From an uncultured bacterium (lineage in GTDB: Bacteria > Patescibacteriota > Minisyncoccia > Phycocordibacterales > UBA9973), in NCBI GenBank assembly GCA_903869825.1, contig CAIQAL010000001.1, positions 7,185-71,184 of the forward strand: a DNA stretch of 64,000 nucleotides, in the 5' to 3' direction. Both the position numbers and the translations under genes were made by a program. Every line of letters starts with the position of its first letter. The first letter of the stretch is position 1. The notes below the pieces were generated by a model, which worked only from the letters and a program-made list of their open reading frames with translations, did not search any database and had not been told where the DNA came from. Positions 19,563 to 30,330 of this stretch are shown here, piece by piece.

Positions 19563-19635
19563 TCCGCCCTGAAGGGATCGAACCTTCGACCTTATCCTTA
19601 AGAGGGATCTGCTCTACCAGCTGAGCTAAGGGCGG
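19563..19635 (-). tRNA. tRNA-Lys(CTT)
   Basis: CCGCCCT/AGGGCGG acceptor stem, TAGCTCAGCTGGTAGAGC D-arm, CTCTTAA loop, GGTTCGATCCC. Confidence 0.93.
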
Positions 19636-19682
19636 ATAATTAACTTTAACATGAAAATGAAAACAAATCTTATTAAGTTGTG

Positions 19683-19764
19683 TGCCCGGAGTGGGAGTCG
19701 AACCCACATCCCTTGCGAGACACGATTTTAAGTCGTGCGCGTATACCAATTCCGCCATCCGGGC
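19683..19764 (-). tRNA. tRNA-Leu(TAA)
   Basis: GCCCGGA/TCCGGGC acceptor stem, CACGA-CTTAAAA-TCGTG, GGTTCGACTCC. Confidence 0.95.
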
Positions 19765-19782
19765 ATTCTTGATTTGGACGGG

Positions 19783-19854
19783 AGGCCTGGGCCGGAATTG
19801 AACCGGCGTATATTCCTTTTGCAGAGGAATGCCTTACCACTTGGCTACCAGGCC
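19783..19854 (-). tRNA. tRNA-Cys(GCA)
   Basis: GGCCTGG/CCAGGCC acceptor stem, TTCCT-CTGCAAA-AGGAA, GGTTCAATTCC, U73 discriminator. Confidence 0.93.
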
Positions 19855-19911
19855 TGAAAAATTTCAAATTTATCTTACTTAACTCCCAAGCTTCAAAAAA
19901 CCTTTTTAATC

Positions 19912-20241
19912 TTAACCGTTTCGCAACAGTTCGTCAATTTTCTGTCGATTCTTTTCTCCTCGATCAATTTCAATTTCAATAAAAGGAACATTTTTCATAT
20001 TCATATTTTTCTTCAAAAATTCGCGTAGTTCTTTTCTTTTTCTTTTAGCAAAAAGAAGAGCGGTATGTTCTTTTTCGTCTGGTAAAACAGTAATAAAGAC
20101 AGTTGAACGTTTTAGGTCGGGGGAGGTGTTACAAGAAATAACAGTTATGAGTGAGGTCCGATTATTTTCCCGGCCCAAAAACTGAGCAGAAAGCTCTTTA
20201 ATTAAATTTGATACCTTTTCGGTTCGGTTGTTTTGTTCCAT
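19912..20241 (-). CDS. rbfA: Ribosome-binding factor A
   Basis: R.EKV..LIKE, LITV...SPDLK..VFITV, VP.IE..ID; coupled to the infB stop. Confidence 0.85.
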   Translation of the reverse strand: MEQNNRTEKVSNLIKELSAQFLGRENNRTSLITVISCNTSPDLKRSTVFITVLPDEKEHTALLFAKRKRKELREFLKKNMNMKNVPFIEIEIDRGEKNRQKIDELLRNG

Positions 20242-21746
20242 TATTTTTGCACCAAAGTAAATGATTCTATAATATCTCCAGCTACGATTTCGATTTTTGA
20301 CTCGATCATCATCCCGAATTCAGAGCCTTCTTCAACAAAAGCTGTTTTTGCTTTGTTTTTTTCTAAATTGACAATTCGTCCATTTCCAATTTCAAAATCT
20401 CGCCTTAAAATTTTTACCACTCCATTTAAGACAATTTTCCCCTCGGAAACTTTTCCTCCAAGGATTTGTCTTTCTTTTGTTCTACTAAAAGCCTTTAAGA
20501 TTTTAGCTTTACCTGTTATCTCGGTTGTTTCCACCCTAAGTCGACGATTGTCCATCTCAATAGCTAGCCATTCGGAAAGCTTATAAATAATGTCAAAATA
20601 TGAAATAGAAATACCACGTTTTTCGGCAAGTTCTCTCGCGCTCCGGTCTGCTTTTACATTAAACCCTATAATAAGTGCATTTTCTGCCGAAGCCACTGCT
20701 TTTACATCCGATTCAAGAATCGTCCCTGCTCCTTTTTGAATTATTCTAAATTCGGTATTTTCGCTTTTTATTTTTCCAATTTCTTTTTCAATTGCTTCAA
20801 GCGAACCAGAAACGTCGGCCTTCAGAACAATCGGAATTATTTTTTTATTTGAATTGTCAGTTCCGGTTGATTTTTCAAAAACAGTATTTTTGGAATTTTC
20901 CGAATATTGCTCTGCTTCTTTTTTATTTTTGAAAGAAACAAATGGAGAACCAATTTGAGGCATTTTATCAAAACCGATTAATCGGACGGGAGACGAGAAA
21001 GTCGCTTCTTTAATATTTTTTCCCAAGAAATTTTCAATTATTCTGGTTGAGCAAATAGATCCTTCTACGACCACTGTCATCCCACTTTTTAGACTTCCAT
21101 TTTTTATTAATAAGGTTGCTTGAATTCCACGTTTTGAATCTAAATTTGCTTCAATGACGAAACCCGAGGCTTCTTTGTCTGGATTTCCATTAAGGTTTTC
21201 CAAATCAGCTAATATCAAAAGAAGCAACAGGAGATTATCAATTCCTTCTCCTGTTTTGGCGGAAATTTCGGCAAAAGGTATTTTTCCTCCATAGTTTTCG
21301 AGGTATATTTCATTCTCAGCCAGTTCCATTTTTGTCTTTTCAATATTTGCTCCTGGTCGGTCGATTTTATTTATTGCAACGATATAGGGAATTTTGTTTT
21401 CGACAATTGTTTTCCAGGCTTCAACCGTCTGGGGCTTTACACCGTCTTCCGCGGAAACAATCAAAACTGCAATGTCGGCAATTTGCGCCCCACGTTCACG
21501 CATTTTTGAAAAAGCTTCATGTCCGGGAGTATCCAAAAAAGTAATTTTCCTATCTTTCCCATTTTCATCCTTCTGGACGACTTCATAAGCGGAGATGTGC
21601 TGAGTAATCCCGCCGGCTTCACCTGCAACAGTGTTGCTTTTTCGAATAAAATCCAGCAAGGTCGATTTTCCGTGGTCAACATGTCCCATCACCACTATTA
21701 CTGGTGGTCGTTCAACTGTATTTTCTTTTGTAATTGTTTTTTCCAT
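20241..21746 (-). CDS. infB: Translation initiation factor IF-2 (short form, no N-terminal domain)
   Basis: [51 protein letters not shown]. Confidence 0.97.
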   Translation of the reverse strand: MEKTITKENTVERPPVIVVMGHVDHGKSTLLDFIRKSNTVAGEAGGITQHISAYEVVQKDENGKDRKITFLDTPGHEAFSKMRERGAQIADIAVLIVSAEDGVKPQTVEAWKTIVENKIPYIVAINKIDRPGANIEKTKMELAENEIYLENYGGKIPFAEISAKTGEGIDNLLLLLLILADLENLNGNPDKEASGFVIEANLDSKRGIQATLLIKNGSLKSGMTVVVEGSICSTRIIENFLGKNIKEATFSSPVRLIGFDKMPQIGSPFVSFKNKKEAEQYSENSKNTVFEKSTGTDNSNKKIIPIVLKADVSGSLEAIEKEIGKIKSENTEFRIIQKGAGTILESDVKAVASAENALIIGFNVKADRSARELAEKRGISISYFDIIYKLSEWLAIEMDNRRLRVETTEITGKAKILKAFSRTKERQILGGKVSEGKIVLNGVVKILRRDFEIGNGRIVNLEKNKAKTAFVEEGSEFGMMIESKIEIVAGDIIESFTLVQK

Positions 21747-21748
21747 AA

Positions 21749-22204
21749 TTAAACTTGTGCTTTTTTCAAAGCCTGCTTTTCCTCTTCCGATAATTCATAT
21801 TCCGACTTTCCTCCTTTAACCGGTTTGGCAAAAATACTCATTCGTTCTCTTGAATATAAACTCGAAAGCACTACTCCATCACCTTCTTCATTTAACATGC
21901 CGATAGCAAAGCTCTGATTGCTCCCTTGGTCCGGGAAGGGATTGAAGCGCAAAGTTTCTAGCCCTCGGATGCTTTTTTTTAGTTTAAGATTTATTGAAGC
22001 GAGCTCTTTTTCTGTTTCATTTTTTGCTTTGCTCAATCTGGCGATGTCGGTTTCAAGTGAAATCAAAGTGTCTTCCAAATCTTTTGCTTTTTTCCCGATA
22101 AAAAACCTTTTAAGCCTTTTTTCGGTTTTTACTGCCCAAATTGCGTTTATGAGGAGAATAACAAGTATAACGACAAAAAAAGCGATTTGAAGCTTTATAT
22201 TCAT
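21749..22204 (-). CDS. DUF4446-like membrane-anchored protein
   Basis: N-terminal TM, coiled coil, RFNPF..GSNQSFA..GVVLSSLYSR..KP..S.Y.LS.EE. Confidence 0.75.
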   Translation of the reverse strand: MNIKLQIAFFVVILVILLINAIWAVKTEKRLKRFFIGKKAKDLEDTLISLETDIARLSKAKNETEKELASINLKLKKSIRGLETLRFNPFPDQGSNQSFAIGMLNEEGDGVVLSSLYSRERMSIFAKPVKGGKSEYELSEEEKQALKKAQV

Positions 22205-22228
22205 AGATATTTAATATATACTATTTTT

Positions 22229-23446
22229 ATGGAAAAATCAAAGAATATATATCTAGATTATGCTTCTGCTACCCCGATTGATGTGTCTGTAATTGAAGAA
22301 ATAAACAAATCGTTAGTGGAGAATTTTGCTAATCCGGGCTCAATTCATACGCTTGGGATGAATGTTAAAAATAAATTAGAAAAAGTGAGGGGAGAGATTG
22401 CGAAAATTATCGTAGCACACCCCGATGAAATTATTTTTACCTCGGGGGCTACGGAATCAAATAACCTGGCTATCAAGGGGGTTCTTGAAAATTATTTTAA
22501 AAATTTTCAACAGATTCCACACATAGTGACAACAAACATTGAGCATTCTTCTGTATTGGAAGTATATAAATATTTGGAAATAAACAAATTGGCTGAAGTA
22601 ACCTTTGTTCCGGTTGAAAAGAATGGAATTGTGGATTCAAAAAAAATAAAAAAGGCACTGAAATCAAATACAGTTTTAGTGTCAGTTATGTATGCCAATA
22701 ATGAAATTGGGACAATACAGCCAATTCGCGAAATTGCCAAAGAAATTAGACTCTTTCAAAAGACTTTTAAAAACAAAACCTTTCCATTGTTTCATACTGA
22801 TGCCACCCAAGCTGTTAATTATTTGCCAATTGGGGTTGAAAGGTTAGGGATAGATTTAATGTCCTTCAATGGTGGCAAAATTTATGGTCCCAAAGGAGTG
22901 GGGATATTATATGTAAAAAGAAAAACCCCAATAAGTAAAATTTTATTTGGGGGGGGTCAAGAAATAGGGGTAAGGCCCGGTACAGAAAATTTGCCTTTGA
23001 TAATTGGAGTGGCAAAAGCACTGGAAATTACTGAAAAAGTGAAAGAAAAAGAATCAGAACGATTATTAATGCTGAGAAATTATTTTATTAAAGAATTATT
23101 TAATTCCAAAATATTTGCCGAGTATAAAATAATTTTAAATGGAGATTTTATGAATCGCTTGCCGAACAACGTGAATATAACCGTTCCTAAAATTCCAAGT
23201 GATTTGCTAGTTCTTGAGCTTTCGGCCCGTGGAATATACATATCGGAGAAGAGCGCCTGTAAATCCGGTGAGAAAACGAGTTCTTATGTAATTCGGGCTA
23301 TTACTTGCGGGAATAAGACTATTTGCAAAAAAAATGAAGGTTCTTTGCGTTTTTCACTTGGACGAAAAACTACCAAAGCGGACATTGACGATACTCTCAA
23401 ATCATTGGACCTAATTTTAGCTAAATTAAAAAAGTGGTATAATTAA
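22229..23446 (+). CDS. iscS: Cysteine desulfurase (IscS/NifS family)
   Basis: IYLDYASATP, FTSGATESNN, NNEIGTIQP, HTDATQ, KIYGPKG, SACKS; start moved to ATG 22229. Confidence 0.93.
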   Translation: MEKSKNIYLDYASATPIDVSVIEEINKSLVENFANPGSIHTLGMNVKNKLEKVRGEIAKIIVAHPDEIIFTSGATESNNLAIKGVLENYFKNFQQIPHIVTTNIEHSSVLEVYKYLEINKLAEVTFVPVEKNGIVDSKKIKKALKSNTVLVSVMYANNEIGTIQPIREIAKEIRLFQKTFKNKTFPLFHTDATQAVNYLPIGVERLGIDLMSFNGGKIYGPKGVGILYVKRKTPISKILFGGGQEIGVRPGTENLPLIIGVAKALEITEKVKEKESERLLMLRNYFIKELFNSKIFAEYKIILNGDFMNRLPNNVNITVPKIPSDLLVLELSARGIYISEKSACKSGEKTSSYVIRAITCGNKTICKKNEGSLRFSLGRKTTKADIDDTLKSLDLILAKLKKWYN

Positions 23447-23449
23447 TTT

Positions 23450-23893
23450 ATGGAGAACATCTATGAAAAACCAATTATGGAATTGCACCCGCACTTCTTA
23501 AGTTTTTTTGGCAGTTATCTGATGGGTTCAATTTTGGTGATTTCCGGACTCGCATCTTTTGTTTTTTCATTATTCGTTTTAGGAGCCATCGCGATTCTGG
23601 TCGGAGTGATTACTTTTTTATTGACAGAAATTTCTCGGCGGGCAGAGACTTTTTATGTGTTGGATAATGGTGTTGCAAAAGAATATAAAATGTTTTCTAC
23701 CTCCCGTAAATTTGTTGAATATGAAAAAATTCAAGATGTTGAAATAAGCCAGAGTTTTTTGCAAAAGATATTTGGTATAGGACATATAGATTTTGACACG
23801 GCTAGTGTAGAAAAAGTGATAGTAGATTTCAAAAATGTTCGGGATCCTTATAGAATTGAAAAAATAGTTCGAGATAAGATGAAGAAAGAGTAA
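23450..23893 (+). CDS. Bacterial PH-domain (bPH_2-like) membrane protein
   Basis: Two TM helices, then KIQDVEISQSFLQKIFGIGHI.F.TA. Confidence 0.78.
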   Translation: MENIYEKPIMELHPHFLSFFGSYLMGSILVISGLASFVFSLFVLGAIAILVGVITFLLTEISRRAETFYVLDNGVAKEYKMFSTSRKFVEYEKIQDVEISQSFLQKIFGIGHIDFDTASVEKVIVDFKNVRDPYRIEKIVRDKMKKE

Positions 23894-23936
23894 GAAAGAA
23901 ATTTTGACTAAATAAATAAAGTGATATAATAGAGGC

Positions 23937-24695
23937 ATGGACATGAAAGATTTAAACCAATCACAATTAATATTATTGGCTATTTTAATAAGTTTTATAA
24001 CCTCTATTGCCACAGGAATTGTTACGGTTACCTTATTGCAACAGGCTCCAGCTTCAGTAACAATGCCGATAAATAGAATCGTGAGACAAACAGTTGAAAA
24101 AATAGTTCCTGGGGAAGGAAAGAATACTGTCCAGACAGTTGTAGTAAAAGAGGAAGATTTAGTAGTAGACGCCATTGCCAAAAATGAGTCAGCAGTGTTT
24201 AGTGTGACTAAAGATGGGCTGGATCAAAACGGATCATATGGTGAAGTTTCTGCGGGACGAGGGGTCGCGGTTTCCAGTTCAGGAATTATAGCTGTTGATG
24301 CAAGCCTTGCGCCTGGTAGCGGGAATTATTATGTTAAAAATGGTAGTGGAAAATTTAAAGCAACTTTTCTCTTAGTCGACAAACTCGGATTCTCTCTTTT
24401 AAAGGTAGAGGATTCACTTGATTCAAAAAACAAATTAGCTTATACCAAACCCGTGGCAGGAGATTTGAGTAAAATGAAGGCCGGACAAAAAATAATCTTG
24501 TTTGGCAGTTCAATAGCTTCATTCATTTATGATGGTTCAGATGATTTGAAAATAAGTGTTGCAAAATCAAACGCTGGGGGACTAATACTTGATTTAGATG
24601 GAAATGCTCTTGGGGTTGCTTTATCTGGTGAAAATACTTCTTTTGTTTCAATTTCCGATGTATTTAAAGTATCCGAGGCGTCTCCGAAAGTGTAA
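23937..24695 (+). CDS. Membrane-anchored, apparently inactive trypsin/HtrA-like protein
   Basis: N-terminal TM; AGRGVAVSSSGIIAVDASL and SNAGGLILDLDGNALGV match HtrA motifs without the catalytic His and Ser. Confidence 0.6.
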   Translation: MDMKDLNQSQLILLAILISFITSIATGIVTVTLLQQAPASVTMPINRIVRQTVEKIVPGEGKNTVQTVVVKEEDLVVDAIAKNESAVFSVTKDGLDQNGSYGEVSAGRGVAVSSSGIIAVDASLAPGSGNYYVKNGSGKFKATFLLVDKLGFSLLKVEDSLDSKNKLAYTKPVAGDLSKMKAGQKIILFGSSIASFIYDGSDDLKISVAKSNAGGLILDLDGNALGVALSGENTSFVSISDVFKVSEASPKV

Positions 24696-24760
24696 TTCTC
24701 GGATAAATAATTTTGCCCAGAAATCTTGATTATAATTTATAAATTCAGTATTTAATTCAT

Positions 24761-27460
24761 ATGCCACCATTAAATAAATTTACAACCAAAGCAAAGGATG
24801 CCATTAAAAAAGCCCATGAGCTTGCCATTGAGCGTGGGCAAAATCACGTTTCGGCACAGCATTTATTATCGGCGCTACTTTTACAAGATGAAAGTATGGT
24901 TAATTCTATTTTAGATAAACTCGAAGTGGACACTGTGCTTTTGACAGATTCCGTTTTAGAAGCTATTGAAACTCCAGAATCTCGTAGTACCATTTCTCCG
25001 TCATACCAGATTTATTTGAATGCTGATTTTGCTCAAGCAATTGAGCACTCTGTCAAATTGGCTGAATACTTGAAAGATGAATTTGTTTCGACTGAGCACT
25101 TATTCTTAGCTGTTTTAGAGGTTCCGGGAGAGGCAAGTGAAATTTTAGCTCGGCACCGAATATCAAAAGATATAGTGATAAAAGTTTTAGAAGAATTACG
25201 TAGCCAAAATATAAATGAAATAAGTGAGCCAAAAAAATTCAAACTGATTTTGAAATATACGAGGAATCTTACAAAACTTGCGAAAGAAGACAAGCTTGAC
25301 CCAGTGATTGGTCGCGATAATGAAATCACCAGAATAATGCAAATACTTTCTCGTCGCACTAAAAATAATCCGATTTTAATTGGAGAGGCAGGAACGGGGA
25401 AAACTGCAGTAGTAGAAGGATTAGCTCAACGCATTGCCAAAAATAATATACCAGAATCTCTGAAGGACAAAGAGCTTGTTTCACTTGACCTTGGAATGTT
25501 GATTGCGGGTACGAAATACCGGGGAGAGTTTGAAGAAAGACTAAAAGGAATAATGAAAGAAATAGAAAAAGCCGATAGCAAAGTAATTATGTTTATTGAT
25601 GAGATTCATACTATTGTCGGAGCCGGTGGAGGAGAAGGGACAATGGATGCTTCCAATATGTTGAAGCCGGCTCTTTCTCGAGGAGAACTTCGAGCGATCG
25701 GAGCAACTACTTTAAAAGAGTACCAAAAATATATTGAAAAAGATCCAGCCCTGGCTCGAAGATTCCAACCAGTTTATATTGATGAACCTTCGACAGAAGA
25801 CGCAATTACAATTTTGCGGGGATTAAAAGAAAAATATGAACTTTTCCATGGAGTCAGAATTACTGATGATGCAATAGTTTCTGCGGTAAATTTATCCACT
25901 CGTTATATCACAAACAGATTTTTGCCCGACAAGGCGGTTGATTTAATTGACGAAGCTTCTTCATCGCTCAAGATAATGTTGGAAAACAAACCTCCAATTT
26001 TGGAAGATGCGCACCGAAAAATTATGCGTTTGGAAATAGAAAAAGAAGCATTGAAAAAAGAAGTAGAAAACGAAGGAGGAAAAAAAATAAAAACGAGAAT
26101 TAAAGATATCGACAAAGAGATAGGAAACTTACAAGAACAAACAAAAGAGCTAGAACTAAAGTGGCAAAACGAAAAAGGAATCGTTATAGAAATTCGTGCT
26201 ATAAAAAAAGAACTTGAAACATTTCGAATCGATGCTGAAAATGCTGAAATGCACGCTGATCTTTCTAAGGCAGCGGAGATTCGTTACGGAAAAATTCCGA
26301 CTTTGAAAAAAGAACTCGATCTAAAATTAACGCGTTTAAAAAAATTACAGAAATCGAGAAGGATATTGAAAGAAGAAATTACGGCCGAAGATATTGCGGA
26401 AGTGGTGGCACGCTGGACAGGTATTCCACTTTCGAAAATGCTGGAAGAAGAGAGAGCAAAACTTGAAAAAATGGAAGTCGGATTAAATAAAAGAGTGGTG
26501 GGTCAAAATCTGGCGATTGGAAGGGTGGCAGACGTGATTAGACGTTCCCGAGCGGGGATTTCAGACCCTAATCGACCAATCGGTTCCTTTATTTTTTTGG
26601 GTCCTTCCGGAGTTGGTAAAACTGAACTTACGAAAGCCCTTGCCCAGTTTATGTTTAATGACGACCGAGCTTTAATTCGGGTTGATATGTCGGAATATAT
26701 GGAAAAGCATTCTGTCTCAAAATTGATTGGTTCACCTCCTGGCTATGTTGGCTACGAAGAAGCTGGTCAATTGACTGAGGCTGTCCGACACCGACCATAT
26801 TCAGTAGTACTTTTTGATGAAATCGAAAAGGCACATCCGGAAGTATTTAATATGCTGCTTCAAGTAGTTGACGAAGGAAGATTAACAGATGGAAAAGGAA
26901 GAGTAGTGAACTTTAAAAACACTATCATAATTTTAACCTCAAATTTAGGTTCACAATTTGTCGAGAAAATGGAATCAATTGGATTCTCAAATAATTCTGA
27001 AAAACAAGATTACGGCAATATGAAAGAAAAAGTGTTGGAAGCATTGAAAGATAGTTTCCGTCCGGAGTTCTTAAATCGTCTTGATGAAATAATTGTTTTT
27101 GATGTTCTTTCAAAAGAAGCAATAATGGAGATCGTTAGTCTTAGAATTCAAGTTGTCAGAGAAAGACTTAAGGCCAAAGGAATAGGACTTAAAATTTCTG
27201 AAGAAGCTTTGGCATATTTAGGCAAGGAGGGATACAATCCCCACTATGGAGCACGGCCAATTAACCGTCTAATTCAGAGTAAAATTTTGAATCAGGTTGC
27301 TTCTTACATTATTTCAAACGGAGTAAAGAAAGGAGATACAGTGTCGGTTACCGTAAAAGCGGGAGAGCTCTTAATAGAAAAAGATAAGAGTTTGCCCCCT
27401 GGTAAAAGTAAAATCAATAGCTCGTTCGGCGTTCATTCAAATTCACCTAAAAAAGCGTAA
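24761..27460 (+). CDS. clpB: ATP-dependent chaperone ClpB
   Basis: Clp N domain, [14 protein letters not shown], middle coiled coil, [19 protein letters not shown]. Confidence 0.95.
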   Translation: MPPLNKFTTKAKDAIKKAHELAIERGQNHVSAQHLLSALLLQDESMVNSILDKLEVDTVLLTDSVLEAIETPESRSTISPSYQIYLNADFAQAIEHSVKLAEYLKDEFVSTEHLFLAVLEVPGEASEILARHRISKDIVIKVLEELRSQNINEISEPKKFKLILKYTRNLTKLAKEDKLDPVIGRDNEITRIMQILSRRTKNNPILIGEAGTGKTAVVEGLAQRIAKNNIPESLKDKELVSLDLGMLIAGTKYRGEFEERLKGIMKEIEKADSKVIMFIDEIHTIVGAGGGEGTMDASNMLKPALSRGELRAIGATTLKEYQKYIEKDPALARRFQPVYIDEPSTEDAITILRGLKEKYELFHGVRITDDAIVSAVNLSTRYITNRFLPDKAVDLIDEASSSLKIMLENKPPILEDAHRKIMRLEIEKEALKKEVENEGGKKIKTRIKDIDKEIGNLQEQTKELELKWQNEKGIVIEIRAIKKELETFRIDAENAEMHADLSKAAEIRYGKIPTLKKELDLKLTRLKKLQKSRRILKEEITAEDIAEVVARWTGIPLSKMLEEERAKLEKMEVGLNKRVVGQNLAIGRVADVIRRSRAGISDPNRPIGSFIFLGPSGVGKTELTKALAQFMFNDDRALIRVDMSEYMEKHSVSKLIGSPPGYVGYEEAGQLTEAVRHRPYSVVLFDEIEKAHPEVFNMLLQVVDEGRLTDGKGRVVNFKNTIIILTSNLGSQFVEKMESIGFSNNSEKQDYGNMKEKVLEALKDSFRPEFLNRLDEIIVFDVLSKEAIMEIVSLRIQVVRERLKAKGIGLKISEEALAYLGKEGYNPHYGARPINRLIQSKILNQVASYIISNGVKKGDTVSVTVKAGELLIEKDKSLPPGKSKINSSFGVHSNSPKKA

Positions 27461-27507
27461 CGAAAAATTAAAGACCTTCTTGTAAAAACAAGGAGACCTT
27501 TTCGGTG

Positions 27508-27590
27508 TGCGTCGGGTAGGATTCGAACCTACGTAGCCCGAAGGCGACAGATTTACAGTCTGTTGTAATTGACCACTCTACCACCGACGC
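27508..27590 (-). tRNA. tRNA-Tyr(GTA)
   Basis: GCGTCGG/CCGACGC acceptor stem, ACAGA-CTGTAAA-TCTGT, variable arm GCCTTCGGGC, GGTTCGAATCC. Confidence 0.95.
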
Positions 27591-27667
27591 ATTTATATAA
27601 AATAACATAAAATAATTTTTTTCGCATCTTTTCCCTATATTTTAAGGTATAATGGATTTATCTATAT

Positions 27668-30304
27668 ATGAATTGGCTGAAACACATTTTTATCAAGAAT
27701 CAGACAATAGATACGTCAGAATCCTTTAAAAAGGAGATGTTTCAAAGACTTTCATTATTTTCACGAAATGAGCTCGAGTTTTCTTTCAAAAAATTAGGAG
27801 GTAGAGAGGAAGGGCTTGAAACCACTGAGGCAAAGGAAAGAATCAAAATATTTGGCTACAACAATATTGCTGATGAAAAAAGAGCAAATCACTTTTTAAA
27901 ATTATTTAAAATTGCCCGAGACCCTCTCAATTTACTTTTGTTGGCTTTGGCAATAGTTTCACTCTTAATTGGGGATATGAAAGCTGCTTCGGTTATTTTT
28001 TTAATGGTTTTTCTTTCTATTATCTTAAATTTTTATCAAGAAACAAAAGCCGGGATTGCTGCGGACAAACTGAAAGGAATAATTCACACTAAAACTACAG
28101 TTATCCGAAATGGGAAACCAGCAGAAATTCTCTCGAGAGAAATTGTTCCGGGCGACATCGTGGAACTTTATTCTGGGACGATTATCCCAGGAGATGTCCG
28201 TTTGATTTCTTCCAAAGATCTTTTTATTAATCAAGCAATGCTAACTGGTGAATCAATGCCGGTCGAAAAACATATTTTGGAAAATGATTCAGGAAAGAAA
28301 AATTTGATAGATTTGTGTAACCTGTGTTTTTTTGGAACAAGTGTTGAGAGTGGAGTAGCTAAGGCAATTGTCATCAACACTGGGAAAAGCACTTACTTGG
28401 GAACGATTGCTTCCGATATGTCCGAGAGTGACCATATCTCCGATTTCAATAAAGAACTAAAACAATTTGTGGTTTTAACTCTCAAATTTATGGCGATTAT
28501 GGTACCGGCAGTTTTTATCTTAAACGGAATTTTCAAAGGCAATTGGTTTGAGGCTTTTTTGTTTGCTATTGCGGTCGCGGTAGGAGTGGCACCAGAAATG
28601 ATTCCGACGATTGTCGCGGTAAACTTATCAAAAGGGGCACTAGTCTTGTCCAAGAATAAAGTTATTGTGAAGCATTTGGACGCCATTGAGAACTTGGGGG
28701 TAATGGATATCCTGTGTACAGACAAGACCGGGACCTTGACTGAAGGGAAAATTGTCCTTGAGAGACATTTGGATATTAATGGCAAGGAAAGCGTCGACTC
28801 GATTCATTATGCTTATTTGAATAGCTACTTTCAGACAGGGTTAAACGATATAATGGATAAAGCAATACTGAAGCACGAAGAAGCTGAGGAGAGATTTCCA
28901 ATAAAAGAATTCAAAAAAATTGACGAACTGCCTTTTGACTTTAATCGTCGTAAAATGTCGGTGATTGTTTCGGACGGGAAAGAAAAACATCTCTTGGTTT
29001 GTAAAGGGGCGGTGGAAGAAATTGTGGCAAGCTCCACTAATGTTTTAATTGGTGGAAAAGTTCTTTCGATGAAAGATTTTACCGATGATCGAAAATTATC
29101 GATGGAGGAAGAATTAAATAAAGAAGGTTTCCGGGTGATAGCGGTCGCTTACAAAGAAGTGTTGGCTGAGAAAAAAGTTTTTACTTTAGAAGACGAAGGC
29201 GAGCTTATTTTGGTCGGCTTTTTGGCTTTCTTTGACCCTCCGAAGGCTTCTGTGGTGGAAACAATCAAAGATTTAGAAGCACTCGGAGTTGAAATAAAAA
29301 TCTTAACCGGAGACAACGAATTTGTAACTGAAAAAATCTGTAAAGACGTCGGGATTGTATTTGATCAAATACTACTTGGGAAAGAAGTTGAAAGTCTTTC
29401 TGAGAGTGACTTGGCAGAAAAAGTAAAAAATATTTCAGTTTTTGCCAAGCTCTCTCCGTACGACAAAGAAAAAATAATTAAAAGCTTGAGGAAGAATAAT
29501 CACGTAGTCGGATTCTTAGGGGACGGTATCAATGATTCTCTGTCACTTATAGCGGCGGACGTAGGTATTTCGGTGGACACAGCGGCTGATATCGCCAAAG
29601 AATCTTCCGACCTCATATTACTTGAAAAAAGTCTGGCTGTGTTAAAAGATGGAATCAAAGAGGGGAGACGTATTTTTGATAACATTATCAAGTATATAAA
29701 AATGGCGGCAAGCTCGAACTTTGGAAATATGTTTTCAGTTGTTGGGGCAAGTATTTTCTTGCCTTTTTTGCCAATGTTGCCGATTCAGATTTTGACCAAT
29801 AATATGCTGTACGATTTTTCGCAGATGACCATTCCGACGGACAAGGTGGATGAAGACCATTTATCAAAACCTAAAAAATGGAATTTCAAAAATATCAAAA
29901 GATTTATTTTATTTTTCGGCCCGATTAGTTCTTTGTTTGATTATGCCACCTTCTTTGTTTTGTTGATTGTATTTCACACTTGGGCTAATATCCCTGCGAA
30001 CGCTGCACTATTTCACACCGGTTGGTTCGTGGAATCACTCCTTACTCAGACTTTAATCGTCCACATTATTCGGACTTCGAAAATTCCATTTTTTCAAAGT
30101 TGGGCTTCGAAGCCACTCCTTATTTCTACCATATGTGTCATTGCTGTTGGTATTTATTTGCCATTTTCACCATTCGCCGGTATTTTCCAATTTGTGCCAT
30201 TACCCCCACTTTATTTCGGACTCCTCTTCATTGGCCTCATTTTATACTTTCTAGTTACTCAATTCTTAAAAGTCTGGTTTATCAAAAAATATGAGTGGAT
30301 ATAA
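27668..30304 (+). CDS. mgtA: Magnesium-translocating P-type ATPase
   Basis: LTGES, PEMIP, CTDKTGTLT, PFDFNRR, GDGIND, SSNFGN, PIQIL.NN.LYD, TGWFVES. Confidence 0.93.
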   Translation: MNWLKHIFIKNQTIDTSESFKKEMFQRLSLFSRNELEFSFKKLGGREEGLETTEAKERIKIFGYNNIADEKRANHFLKLFKIARDPLNLLLLALAIVSLLIGDMKAASVIFLMVFLSIILNFYQETKAGIAADKLKGIIHTKTTVIRNGKPAEILSREIVPGDIVELYSGTIIPGDVRLISSKDLFINQAMLTGESMPVEKHILENDSGKKNLIDLCNLCFFGTSVESGVAKAIVINTGKSTYLGTIASDMSESDHISDFNKELKQFVVLTLKFMAIMVPAVFILNGIFKGNWFEAFLFAIAVAVGVAPEMIPTIVAVNLSKGALVLSKNKVIVKHLDAIENLGVMDILCTDKTGTLTEGKIVLERHLDINGKESVDSIHYAYLNSYFQTGLNDIMDKAILKHEEAEERFPIKEFKKIDELPFDFNRRKMSVIVSDGKEKHLLVCKGAVEEIVASSTNVLIGGKVLSMKDFTDDRKLSMEEELNKEGFRVIAVAYKEVLAEKKVFTLEDEGELILVGFLAFFDPPKASVVETIKDLEALGVEIKILTGDNEFVTEKICKDVGIVFDQILLGKEVESLSESDLAEKVKNISVFAKLSPYDKEKIIKSLRKNNHVVGFLGDGINDSLSLIAADVGISVDTAADIAKESSDLILLEKSLAVLKDGIKEGRRIFDNIIKYIKMAASSNFGNMFSVVGASIFLPFLPMLPIQILTNNMLYDFSQMTIPTDKVDEDHLSKPKKWNFKNIKRFILFFGPISSLFDYATFFVLLIVFHTWANIPANAALFHTGWFVESLLTQTLIVHIIRTSKIPFFQSWASKPLLISTICVIAVGIYLPFSPFAGIFQFVPLPPLYFGLLFIGLILYFLVTQFLKVWFIKKYEWI

Positions 30305-30330
30305 ATTATTTTTTTTAGTATATTAAAGAT

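Noticed and set aside
19552-19867. ORFs 19552-19758 and 19673-19867 on the - strand
   Set aside because: They overlap clear tRNA genes and are spurious.
19443-27590. Genomic island integrated at a tRNA
   Set aside because: No duplicated tRNA 3' end or integrase was seen, and the flanks are core genes.
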